From assembly GCF_009914755.1 (NCBI RefSeq), contig NC_060925.1: a stretch of DNA of 64,000 nt; one strand, 5' to 3'. This document shows, one piece after another, positions 19,830 to 33,227 of the stretch. Within the stretch, counting starts at the first letter, position 1, and every line of letters begins with the position of its first letter. The notes beneath the pieces are model-generated. The model was given only the letters and a program-made list of their open reading frames with translations, had not been told where the DNA came from and did no database searches. This DNA is from the human T2T-CHM13v2.0 reference genome, Homo sapiens. The position numbers were made by a program, and so were the translations under genes.

Positions 19830-20908
19830 TCCCTTCACAAGAAATTACTAAGCTATAATGTCAGTGACTTAAGGGTGAAGGAATATGAAAGGGAGGTATT
19901 ATTTCATCCTGTATAAAGGAGGTAATTAACAGCAATAATAATAGGAAGTTGCCATGAAAACAGCCCAGGTATCCATCATAAGACAATGGTATATTCACAT
20001 GATGGAACATATTCAGCAGTATAAAAGAAGGAAGTACTGAACTATAGCAATATGGATGAGTCTCAAAAACATTATGCTGAATGAAAGATGCCCTACACAG
20101 AGGAGTACATATGTATAATCCCATATATATAAAGTTCGAGAACAAGCAGAACTTATCTATGGTAGAATAATATCAAAACGGTGGTTACCTTTTTGGGATT
20201 AAAAGAAAACAGTGGCTGGGAAGGGGCATGAGGAAACTTTCTGGGGCGACAGCAACGTTCTATATCTTGATAGGCACTTCAGTTACACAGGTATATGTAT
20301 TTGTCAAAGTTCATCAAATGTGTACTTAAGACTTGTGCATTTCATTGTATATAAATATTATTTTAAAAGAAAAACCAAATACTGAATTCTAGTTAGTTAT
20401 ACGCATGTTAAAATATTTAGAAGAAAGTGTACTGTTGTCTGTGTACTCCAAAATGTATCAAAAAATAAAAAAGATTTGATGAATGTCTAGATATTGATAA
20501 AGCAAGCATAGTAAAATATTAATGGTAGAATCGAGATGGTAGAAATACGGATGTTCATTGTAAAATTCAACTTCTCTGTATGTTTAACATTTTTCATAAT
20601 AGATTCTTGGGGAAAAAAAATCAAACAAAAATTTGTACACCTATGTTCAGAGCATAATTCACAACAGTCAAAAGGTAAGAGCAAACCAAGGTGTCCATCA
20701 ATGGATATCTGAATAAACAAAATGTGGTATATGCATACAATGGAATATTATTCATCTTACAAAGCAAGGAAACTGACACATGCTACAACATGAACGAACC
20801 TTGAAGACGTTACACTGAGTGAAATAAGCCAGTCAAAAGGGACAAATATTGTTATGACTCCACTTAAATGAAGTACCTGGAGTAGTCAAATTCAGAGACA
20901 GAAAATAG

Positions 20909-21263
<355 letters not shown>

Positions 21264-21334
21264 TGGTACAGAGTTTCAATTGGGGAAGATAAAAAAGTTG
21301 TATGGTGGTGGTGGTTACACATGTGAATGTATTG

Positions 21335-21451
21335 TTTTATTTATTCATTTTTTATCACGAGACGGGATCTCACTATGTTGCTCAGCCTAGTCTTAAACTC
21401 CTGCGCTCAAGAATTCCTTGTGCCTGAAAGCATGAGCCACTACACTTGGCT
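21335..21451 (-). mobile_element. FLAM / Alu left monomer
   Basis: Degenerate single left arm. Confidence 0.75.
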
Positions 21452-21484
21452 CATGTGAAAAAAAAATATATATACATATGTGTA

Positions 21485-21771
<287 letters not shown>

Positions 21772-23208
21772 TCATGTGAGCATATTTAATGACAGAGAAC
21801 TGTAGATTTAAAAATGATTAAAATGATACATTTTATGTATATTTTACCACAATTAAAAAATACCCAAAATAAGTTGCCAAAGCTCATAGGATTTAAGCTA
21901 CTTTCACTATTTTCTGATTTTGTATTAAATCTAAGTTTCTGATGCAACACATGACCATAGACTTGATTTTTAAATGGCACTGCCTACATGAATGCAAATA
22001 AGCGTAATAGACAATTTGTAACGCATTTCTCAGTCATTAGTGTGAATAAAGTTCCTTCAAATTAACATCTTAATCAACTATATAACCAAAATAATATATA
22101 CCCTGATATAGAAAGTGATTTAAGAGGATGCATTTTTTCTTCCTTCCTTTCTCAAATCTCATATAACTGCATAAATTTAGTCTCAGTATACCGACCCTGC
22201 CTCTTAAATCTTTTGCTTTTCTGTTACTTAGTACTGTCACAGTTTCACCAGAGTTTGCAGCAGTTTCTCAAGCCAAAAGCATGCAAATTGTATTCTGTTA
22301 GGAGCCACAGATTTAAAACAAAGTAGAAAAGGAAACGAATGGTAGTCAAGAGAAAGGTGACTTTCTTCAAAGTATCTGAAAGAATCAATAGACTACGGAA
22401 AATGGCTAATGACAACAATTATACTGTCAAAAGGACAGAAAAGGAAAGAATGTAACTAAAGAAGCAGCCCAGTGAAAGTGGAATTTGGGAGTGCATTAGA
22501 TAAGAATCTATGGAAAACCAATGAACTATGTATGAATGCTTTTGGGGGGACTGATGATAAACAGTTGCACTGGATGGTCATCTATTTTGCTAAAATATTA
22601 CACTGTTACATTTGATCTAAAACATTTAAATTACTTCAAAGATTTAAAATACTATTTAAATACTATCAATAAGCATGTATTTAGTGTTGATTGTATAGTA
22701 CACTAATCTGAGAAATAACGTGTGACAAGAATTATGTAAACATAATTTGAGCCTGATGTTTGATAGCAAATACTCTCCCCATACTTTAAATACACTTCAC
22801 AAATTATTGAAATCATCCCTGCCCCTTAAAAAATATTTTCTTGGAAGAATCATAAATATTTGGTATGTGTGAAGAGCTGTACTAATGTGGGTCAAGGATA
22901 AAAATTGAACCGCCATTTAAAAAAATAAGTAGGCTTTAAGATCTTCTCTTTAACTTTTCCCTTCATATTTTGAATTCAATTTTCAAGCATTTCTCAAATG
23001 ACTGAAAACACAATAAAAGTTGTAATTTAATTTTTTAAAAAAGTACATATGACACCATGGTGTTACAAACTTGGACCCTAAAACATCTAAGCATAACTAC
23101 GAAACTTTTTTCTATTATGCAAAATACAGACAATGTCCAATTACTATACCAGTAGGAAATACCAGGTAATTTTCTCAAATTAGAAATATATGCCTTACTA
23201 TATTAGCA

Positions 23209-23437
23209 TAGGTTGAGTATCCCTTATCCCAAATGCTGGGGACCAGAAGTGTTTAAAATTTTAGATTAAAAAAAATATTTACATTATATACTTATTGATG
23301 GCCCCTCCTTAATCCAAAAGTCTGAAATCCAAAGTGCTCCAAAGAACATTTCCTTGGAGTGTCACACTGTTGCTAAAAAGTTTCAGATTTTGGATCATTC
23401 CAGATTTTGGATTTTCAGATGAGGAATATCCAACCTG
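23209..23437 (+). mobile_element. Tigger4a/MER46-type non-autonomous DNA transposon
   Basis: Terminal inverted repeats AGGTTGAGTATCCCTTATC ... GATGAGGAATATCCAACCTG followed by TA. Confidence 0.8.
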
Positions 23438-24654
23438 TAGTAATTACAACTTAAATGAATAAAAGATGTACACTAGGAATTATACTTATGTACAATAAAA
23501 TAACTTCATTATGAAATACAAATACATTTTATTTAAAAGGCATTTCATATATATTTGTTCATATACAATACTTAGATCCAAATGTATGTATTTCAAATAA
23601 TAATTTATAAATTATAGATTCATAGATATCAGTGAATAATGTATTTATTTCAATGTGTGGGAATACAAATGTAGCTTACTTTATTATTATAATTAAATTT
23701 CTTTATGTGCTCACAGCAAATTTTAAGTGCAATAAACATGACTTTTAGTCATAAAATTAGGTTGAACCTGCTGAATTAAGATTTTAAGTAAAAACGTATA
23801 TTATCCCAGAGAATCTTAGGGAATCAGTAGGGAAATATCTCAATTTCAAATATCAGATAAATACAAAAAAGAACTGAATGTCCTTTCAAAACTATAATTG
23901 TTACCCAACTCATAATAAGAAAACGTCAAAAGGACAGAAAGGGTTAAAAGTATTTAACTAGAAGTTTAATTTTGAGGCTACACACTTTTAGTCCATCATC
24001 AAAGCTTACCAAATTGTTTTATTTGCTAGAGCTTTAAATGTGATGAAGCAATACTATTTATTTTATTTTGGGATGTTAAGTTTGATTTTGATTTTAAGCT
24101 CCCACCTCCCTTATGTTCTTAAATTAATTCATACAAATCCCTGATTAATAATAAAAGGGTTTGCCATCAGTATTCAAAGCTCAGCCTGAATTGTCATGGC
24201 TGAGAGGGCAGAAATCTGCTTGGAGCAATGAGAGAACCCAACTGAATTCTTGGCGTCTCAGTCTATGAATGTGTAAGCACTTCATCTGTTCATGAAATAC
24301 AACGTTCTGGCAGGCTGAGGGTAAAGGTAGCTGCATGGTTAACAAACTGGAAGATCTGGAAAGCAGCACTACATCAAAGTAACAAAATGGCAGAAACAAT
24401 ACATTTTGCCAAGTTTTCCTTGTCTTTACACACACAAAATATGTGTTATTTAGTGTAAGCTATCTGTGTTCTAGGCACTTATTCCACCCCTATCACTGTT
24501 GTCCATCCAGTGATCTTTGTGGAGGTCACATGTGGATTTGACTTCCAGTAATATTTTATAAAAGAAATTGCTGCAAACCAGAGCATAACACAGGGAAGGC
24601 CAAATGACAACTGCTTATCCTTCTTTTTCTTCTTTTTATTTATCCTTCTAAAAT

Positions 24655-24860
24655 CTAGTGGTAGGAAGAATACTCTCCCAGACCTGGTTTCTACTTAGCA
24701 GTTATATGGATTTGAGCAAGTAAATGTAGGTCTCTGAACTTCAGTTCCTGTCTGTAAAACAAGGACAATATCTGCCTTAGAGAACTGTTGTAGAGATAAT
24801 ATAGTAATAAGTGAAAGTACTCTGTAAACTATCACATGCATTGTATAAAGTATTATGTGT
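24655..24860 (+). mobile_element. MIR
   Basis: Core TCTCTGAACTTCAGTTCCTGTCTGTAAAA. Confidence 0.6.
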
Positions 24861-25326
24861 TATTTGAAAGATAAATATTAACAGGCACCATATAGTACAC
24901 ACAAGATACTTCCAGTGAAAAAACTGTGACTTTGAAAAGTTAAGTGGCCTACTTATTGATTTGTTATATTATCATCATCCTTCACTCATACTATTAATAA
25001 TAAAAGTAGATAAAATATACAGACTGTCTCAACTGATCCAAAACCCTTTTGAAATATCAGATAAACATAAAGAAATCAAGTAAGAGCATTATCAGAATAT
25101 ATAAATGAGATGGTGTCACTCATCTCATGAGACAGTGATATAAGCAAAAAAACAAATGTTTGTTGCTGTAAGCAACTGAAATTTGGGGGTTGTGCCACAG
25201 CAAAAGCTGACTGATACACGCAAGTACAATCCACAGCTTAGCAATGAGTATTTACATAGTCATAATAATATTAATATTGATTCAACAGAGATTCAATCAG
25301 AAAGCTGAAATTAAAAGTTGTGATAT

Positions 25327-25702
25327 CATATACACCATGGAATACTATGCAGCCATAAAAAATGATGAGTTCATGTCCTTTGTAGGGACATGGATGAAAT
25401 TGGAAATCATCATTCTCAGTAAACTATCGCAAAGACAAAAAATCAAACACTGCATGTTCTCACTCATAGGTGGGAATTGAACAATGAGAACACATGGACA
25501 TAGGAAGGGGAACATCACACTCTGGGGACTGTTGTGGGGTGAGGGGAGGGGGACAGATAGCATTAGGAGATATACCTAATGCTAAATGATGAGTTAATGG
25601 GAGCAGCACACCAGCATGGCACATGTATACATATGTAACTAACCTGCACATTGTGCACATGTACCCTAAAACTTAAAGTATAATAATAATAAAATAAAAT
25701 AA
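25327..25702 (+). mobile_element. Young L1PA 3' end (376 bp)
   Basis: L1PA 3'UTR and A-rich tail. Perfect 14-bp TSD AAAAGTTGTGATAT (25313-25326, 25703-25716) at a TT/AAAA site. Confidence 0.95.
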
Positions 25703-25890
25703 AAAAGTTGTGATATAATTACGTTAGGAGGGTCAGAGAGAGAGAGGGAAGATGAGTAAAACAGTTAAATCTAAATATAACACAGAAACAAATCAATAAT
25801 GTCTAAAGTTGAAAAATCAAGAAATAGAAGTATATTATTTAGAATTATGTAGGTAAGGTGCTAAAGACACATTAAAAGAACTGGAAGTCT

Positions 25891-26167
25891 GGCCGGGTGC
25901 AGTGGCTCACATCTGTAACCCTAACACTTTGGGAGGCTGAGGCAGGCTGATTACTAAAGCTCAGGAGTTCGAGACCAGCCTGGCCAACATGGTGAAACCC
26001 CATCTCTACTAAAAATACAAAAATTAGCCAGGCATGGTAGTGCACACCTGTGGTCCTAGCTACCTGGGGGCTGAGGTGGGAGGATCGCTTGAGCCCAGGA
26101 GGCAGAGGCTACAGTGAGCCCTGATCATGCCACTGCACTCCAGCCTGAGAATCTGTCTAAAAAAAAG
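25891..26167 (+). mobile_element. Alu (J/S)
   Basis: Dimer with short 3' deletion. Confidence 0.9.
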
Positions 26168-26388
26168 AGAAAATTTTTGCCTTAAAGGAGCTAGAATAAA
26201 ATGTAAGAAGGATGCAGGTAAGAGAGAATTTTTTTGTTTATAAGACTAATAGTAACATTTGATTTTTTAAAAAAACAAATGTATTAACTTTATAAAAATT
26301 TTAACTCACAAGCACAAAGATAAAAAACTACAATTTAAAAAATCAAGGGAAGCAATCATGCCAAATTTATTTAAAAAAGAAAGCTATA

Positions 26389-29106
26389 CAGGCATACCTT
26401 GTTCTATTGCACTATGCTTCATTGCACTTTGCAAATACTGTGTTTTTTGTAAATTGAAGATTTGTAGCAACCCTGAGTTAAGCCAACTATTGGTGCCATT
26501 TTTCCAACAAGATGTGCTCACTTCATGTCTGTGTCACACTGAGGTAATTCTTGCAATACTTCAAAGTTTTTCATTATTATTATATCTGTTAGGGTAATGA
26601 TCAGTGATCTCTGATGTTACTATTGTAATTGTTTTGGAGTGCTACAAACCACACTGAGAAAGATGGCAAATTTAACCAACAGATACTTTGTGTGTTCTGA
26701 CTGCTCCACTGACTGGCTGTTCCTGGTCTCTCCCCCTCTCTTCAGGCTTCCCTATTCACTGAGACACAAAAATATTGAAATTATTAGCCAGTAATACAAT
26801 AGTCTCTAAGTTTCAAGTAAAACCTAGTATCAAATGAAAGGAAAAGGGCTGCACCGTCTCTCACCTTCAATCAAATGCCAGAAATGATTAAGCTTAGTGA
26901 GGAAGGCATACTGAAAACCAACACAGGCCAAAAGCTAGGCCTCTTGTGCCAAACTGCCAATTTGTGAATGTCAGAGAAAAATTCTTGAGGAAATTAAAAG
27001 TGCTATTTCAGTGAGCATACAAATGATAGAAAAGTAAAAAAGCCTTATTGCTGATATGGAAAAAGTGAGTGGTCTGGATTCAACCAGCCACAACATTCCC
27101 TTATGCCAAAGCCTGATCCAGGGCAAAGCCCTAGTTCTCTTCAAGTCTATGAAGGTTGAGAAAGGTAAGGGGGCTGCAGAAGAAAAGTCTGAAGCTAGCA
27201 AAGGCTGGTTCATGTGGTTAAAGGAAAGAGGCCATCTCCATAACATAAAAGTACAAGGTGAAGCACCAAGTGCTGATGCAGAAGCTGCAGCAAGTCATCC
27301 AGAAGACCTAGTTAAAGTAACCGATAAAGGTGACTACACTCAACAACGATCCTCAATGTAGAGAAAATAGACTACTCCTACTATTGAAAGAAGATGCCGT
27401 CCAGGACTTTCATGGCTGGAGAGAAGTCAATACCTGGCCTCAAAGCTTCAAAAGATAGACTGACACTCTTGTTAGGGGCTAATGCAGCCATTGACTTTAA
27501 GCTGAAACCAATGCTCATTTACCATTCTGAAAATCCTAGGGCCCTTAAAAAGTATGCTTAATCTATTCTGCCTGTGCTTTTGAAATGGGAAAACAAAGCC
27601 TAGATGACAGTATATCTGTTTACTTTACAAAATGGTTTACTGAATATTTTAAGCCTACTGTTGATACCCACTGCTCAGGAAAAAAAAAAACATTCCTTTC
27701 AAAATATTACTGCTCATTGACAATGTGCTTGGTCATCCAAGAGTGCTCATGGAAATGTATAAGGAAATTAATGTTGTTTTCTTGTTTGCTAACACAACAT
27801 TCATTTTGCAGTCCATGGATCAAGGAATAATTTTGACTTCCAACTTTTATTATTAAAGAAATACATTCTATAAAGCTATAGCTGCCATAGACAATGATTG
27901 CCCTGATAGATCTGGGCAAACTGAAAACCTTCTGGAAAGGATTCACCATTCCAGATGCCATTAAGAACATGTGTGATGGGAGGAGGTCAAAATATAAACA
28001 TTAACAGGAGTCTGGAAGAAGTTGATTCCAACCTTCATGGATGACACAGATAAGGATTCAAGACTTCAGTGGAAAAGTTACTTGCAGATGTAACTGCAAG
28101 AGAACTAAAATTAGAAGTGGAACCTGAAGATGTGATGGAATTGCTACAATTTCATGATAAAACTTGAACAGATGAGGAGTAGCTTCTTATGGATAAGCAA
28201 ACAAAGTGGTTTCTTAAGACAGAATCTACTCCGGCGAAGATGTTGTGAACATTGTTGAAATAACAACAAAAATTTTAAAGTACAACATAAACTCAGTTGA
28301 TAAAGCAGTGGCAGGGTTTGAAAGGATTGACTACAATTTTGAAAGAAGTTCCACTGTGGGTATAATGCTATCAAACAGCATTGCATGTACAGAGTAATCT
28401 TTTACGAAGGAAGACTCAATCAATGTAGCTATCTTCACTGTTGACTTAAGACATTGCCACAGCCACCCCAACCTTCAGTGACTACCACTGTGATCGGTCA
28501 GCAGCCATCAACACTGAGGCAAGACCTTTTACCGCAAGAAGATTATGACTTGCTGAAGCCAAGTCTGATGATTGTCAGAATTTTTTAGTAATAAAGTATT
28601 TTAAATTAAGGTATGTACTTTGTTAAAGACATAATGCTACTCTACACTTAATAAACTACAGTACAGTGTAAACACAACTTTTTTGTTTGTTTGTTTTTTG
28701 AGATGGAGTCTCGCTCTGTTGCCCAGGCTGGAGTGCCATGGCGCGATCTAGGCTCACTGCAACCTCTGCCTCCCAGGTTCAAGCGTTTCTCCTACTGCAG
28801 CCTCCCCCGAGTAGCTGGGATTACAGGCACCCACCACCACGCCTGGCTAATTTTTTTTTGTATTTTTAGTAGAGATGGGATCTCACTATGTTGGCCAGGC
28901 TGGTCTCAAGCTCCTGGCCTCGTGATCTGCCCACCTCGGCCTCCCAAAGTGCTGGGATTACAGGCGTGAGCCACCGCGTCTGGCCAGTAAACACAACTTT
29001 TATGTGCACTGGGAAACCAAAAATTTCATGTGACTCGCTTTATTGCGATAGTCACTTTATTGCAGTGGTCTGGAACTGAATCTGCAATATTTCAGAGGTA
29101 TGCCTG
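26389..29106 (+). mobile_element. Full-length Tigger1 (pogo-like Tc1/mariner) with decayed transposase and one Alu insertion
   Basis: TA|CAGGCATACCT ... AGGTATGCCTG|TA termini, about 2.4 kb without the Alu. ORF 27056-27361 ([16 protein letters not shown]...EASKGWF...HNIKVQGEA) is a CENP-B-like HTH transposase fragment. Confidence 0.93.
28683..28985 (-). mobile_element. AluS inside Tigger1
   Basis: 15-bp TSD GTAAACACAACTTTT (28668-28682, 28987-29001). Confidence 0.94.
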
Positions 29107-29602
29107 TATTTTGATTCTGAAAGGCAAAAAAAAAAAAAAACCCAAAATACAAAAAACCACAAACCTAATTAGAATCAGAAGACCTGGTATTATTTTGTTT
29201 CACTACTTAGTGAAAAACACATAGTATTACTAGTCCCTTTGTGCAGTATCATAGTCTTACATTTTCAATTCCAGACACCATTGACAATATTATCACAGGA
29301 AAGATGTTGCCTAAAGGTGAGATAATATTAAGGGCTAACCTTTTGTATAGGGAGCTCTGAATTACATATAAGTTGATTATTATCTATTCTACAGATTATC
29401 TATGATCATTTAATGCTTTCTTCCTAACAATTACTACCTTTGGCCATTTCAGTAATCTTTCACAGCATCACCAAAGAATGAGAAAATGATTAGAAGTGAG
29501 TTAGCAAATTTTGCTCTTTTAACAGCTATAATTCAGGGTCAGTTAAAACTCAGTATGTGAATGGTATTATTCACAACACAAATAAATTAAGAAGTAATAC
29601 AC

Positions 29603-29896
29603 AAGGCACAGTGGCTCATGCCTATAATCCCAAAACTTTGGGAAGCTGAGGGAGGAGGATCATTTGAGGCCAGGAGGACAAGACCAACCCGGGCGACATA
29701 GCAAGACCCCATCTCCCCAAAAAATAAAAAAATTAGCCAGGAGTGACAGCACATGCCTGTAGTCCTGGCTACTTGGGAGGCTGAGGCAAGAGGATTGCGT
29801 AAGTCCATGGGTTTGAGGATGCAGTGAGCTATGAGCGCACCCATGCACTCCAGCCTGGGCAACAGAGTGAGACCCTGTTTCTCCCTCCAAAAAAAG
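29603..29896 (+). mobile_element. AluJ
   Basis: AluJ diagnostics (GGAGGATCATTTGAGGCCAGGAG). Confidence 0.9.
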
Positions 29897-30381
29897 GAGT
29901 AATATATTTTATAAAATAATTTACTATAGGATTCCTTTAATTAGTAGGCCAGCATTTAAATTATTGATTTACCAAAATTCTGACAGTTTTCTAAAGATGT
30001 ATTTATTGAGCAAAGAACAATATACCTAGCTGTTCAAGGTATAATAACGGAAGACACGAAAGCTATGTATAAATGAGATTTTGCTATTACCTGTAGATTT
30101 CACTTATTATGCGAATAATCTCTCCCTTTAGCATAAACATATGGAAGCTATCAGACTCCTACAAATTTCAGGTAGTAACTTCTAAAACACAGATAAAAAT
30201 ATGTTGGACATAATCACAGAACGTATCTTAACTAGGTAACACCATCTCATTTAGATATTCTGATATACTCTTAACCATACTGTACTTTGAGTTGTAGTTC
30301 ATTGGCCTACCATTTAGGAAAAGGCACTGGGGCAGAACAACCATGCATAGGAAAATAATTAACAGGGCATGTTTTTCATAC

Positions 30382-30487
30382 CTCTTCATCTTTCACATTC
30401 ACATCCACATTTTTCGATTTGATGGCTTTGGTTATATGGTCAATGTTGTTTTCCCTGCAGTAATCAAATATATTTTTGTCTTCTTCC
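30382..30487 (-). CDS. ACBD6: ACBD6 internal coding exon (probably exon 5), 106 nt, (R)EEDKNIFDYCRENNIDHITKAIKSKNVDVNVKDEE
   Basis: Minus strand ...ttttttttattctag|GGAAGAAGAC...GATGAAGAG|gtatga. One nt plus 35 stop-free codons, completing the AG|G Arg codon. Ankyrin-like VDVNVKDEE. Confidence 0.97.
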
Positions 30488-30859
30488 CTAGAATAAAAAA
30501 AAGAAAGGTCTTTTTTTACTGGGTAATACATTAAAGTTACATATTTTCAACACAATCTGTTTGCTGCTGACATAGATGTTAATGGACTCTGCTTACAAAA
30601 AAATTTTACATGAACAGTAACAGTTTTTCAGTAGCTGTAATATATCCAACTCCTGAAAAGACAAAAGTTCTTAGTTTCCTACTTGCCTTACAGGATAAGA
30701 GAATAAAGTGTTACTCAAGTTTTAAAAATATATATGAAAGTGATTTTCTTAAAGCAAAGAAAATCAATTAGACAAAAAGAGGGGGGCATTAAAAAATTCA
30801 AAAATCCTTTATAAGATAGTAGAATCAAAGACTAGAAAGAAAAGCTGGGAAGCATACTA

Positions 30860-31050
30860 CATACCCAGCACTCTTCTAAGTATATTGCACGTGCTAATTC
30901 ACTTAATCTTTCATGCAACTTCACTTTACAAATGAAAAAACAGGCAAAAAGGAGACGTTAAATGACCTGCCAAATGGTACTACATTTATCAAAGGTGGAA
31001 TAAGAGCTAGAACTCACTTAGACCAACTGATTTTGTATACAGTATATTTT
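30860..31050 (-). mobile_element. MIR
   Basis: CACTTTACAAATGAAAAAACAGGC...TTAAATGACCTGCC is an antisense MIR core. Confidence 0.6.
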
Positions 31051-31950
31051 TCTATTATATTATGCTGCCTTTTGACTAATCAGCTGCAGTCTATTCCAAA
31101 ATCTGAAGCAGAAGTTCTTAACATGACATCTATGAGCTCTCTAAATAATGTACAGAATTATCTTTATAATGCATGTGCATTTTTCTGGATGTTGTATGTA
31201 TAGGGGGAAGAATTGTTTCAATCGGATTCTCAAAAGAATCAGTGACTCCCATAACGATCAGTAATTTAGAATATCAACAATCAAACTGCCCCATATGTGG
31301 ACTGAATTTTATGAACAAGTATAAAGGAATGCATTTTGCGTTCCAAAAATCAAACTGATGTGTTTTATAACCTGCAATGCCAGAGCATCCATTCATCAGA
31401 AAGCAAAACACCTGGTCATAGGAGTTCTTCTATCCTAAAAGCCAATCTAAACATCTTGTGTCATACAGAAAGTTATTTCCAGTCATAGCTAATTTTCTTA
31501 AAAGACACTACTTTAGCATCAGCCATCTAAGTGTTCTTTAAGCCGCTTAAGTATTTTATTGAGCACCTACTACATGTAAGGCACTGGACAAGAATTTGTT
31601 GATAACAGATAAAAGGCTAAGCAAGAAAGTTTGCCTTTAAGACCCAAACAGTATAGCTGGGATGACAAAAATCTACACAGGATTAACATAAGGTAAAAGC
31701 TGGATCCTTAAAAAGGACTATAACAGAACAGGGGAAAAACAACTTGCTTCAAAGCTAGAGAAAATGATGTAGGTTTTAAGTAAGAAATCATGTTTAATAG
31801 GACTATATGGTCACTTGAAGAGGCCCTGTTAAACAGAAGAGAAAATGCTTTTTCGATCACTTATTCTGTAAAGAAAATAAGAAGTGAGGTCAAACCCCAG
31901 AAAAGAGAATTCTGATTTTAGAAAGTAGAGCTGCAAATAATACCACGTTA

Positions 31951-32440
<490 letters not shown>

Positions 32441-33208
32441 AAAAACACCATGTCTATGAAAGAATACCTTCAGAGTTCCAACTTAAGGATAATAGGGACC
32501 TACTTTCTTCCAATCCAGTAACAGAAAACCCACTAATTCAAGAGGCACCAACTTCAACTGTTACAGAAAGAACTGTGTCTTTTAAAGTCATAGCAATACT
32601 ACAGTGCTACTCGCCAATTGTTTCTGAATTGGAAAATAATGGGAAGTTGGTGGTAGGGCACAGAAAGGAAAGCAGAAGGATCCTTGGCATGTGGGTTACG
32701 CATACCCAGTATATGTAAGCGTTATTCACAGATGAGAGGACCTTTGGAGTGGCCCCTCTTCCTGAGTCCAACTTCCAAATGTGCATGTATACCGTTGTAA
32801 GCAGTAAAAAAGTAAACACAGTACAAACACATATAAATTTCTATTTTGTTTAATGTATCTTAAATATGTTTCTTAGACACATCAAATATATCAACTAGTT
32901 TTTTTTGCTATGTGAATTTTTTGGAGGGCAGGTAGCATTTGTTTAAGTATTTGTTTATCGTATATAGTTTATCATCACCAAATATGCTAGGCACAGAGAT
33001 ATTAACAAAATACTTCAGGATAGTATACACATATAAATTAAATACCAAAAAGAGAAGTTCAATAAATTCGCCAAAAATGCTACAAGGCTGAATGACGAAT
33101 ATAAAAAAATTAAGTGACACTCTTGGGCTTACTTGTTAAATACAGCTATCCAATCCCACACCAAATTTTGAGTATCTTACCTTCTACAACCAAGCTGTTT
33201 TTATACAA

Positions 33209-33227
33209 TGTCACCATCTAGTGGCCA
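33209..33227 (-). promoter_or_regulatory. Candidate CTCF core motif
   Basis: Minus strand TGGCCACTAGATGGTGACA versus consensus TGGCCACCAGGGGGCGCTA, in apparently unique sequence. Motif match only. Confidence 0.5.

Noticed and set aside
27056-27361. Domesticated TIGD-like transposase gene
   Set aside because: Only a 101-aa open fragment of a Tigger1 with frameshifts and stops.
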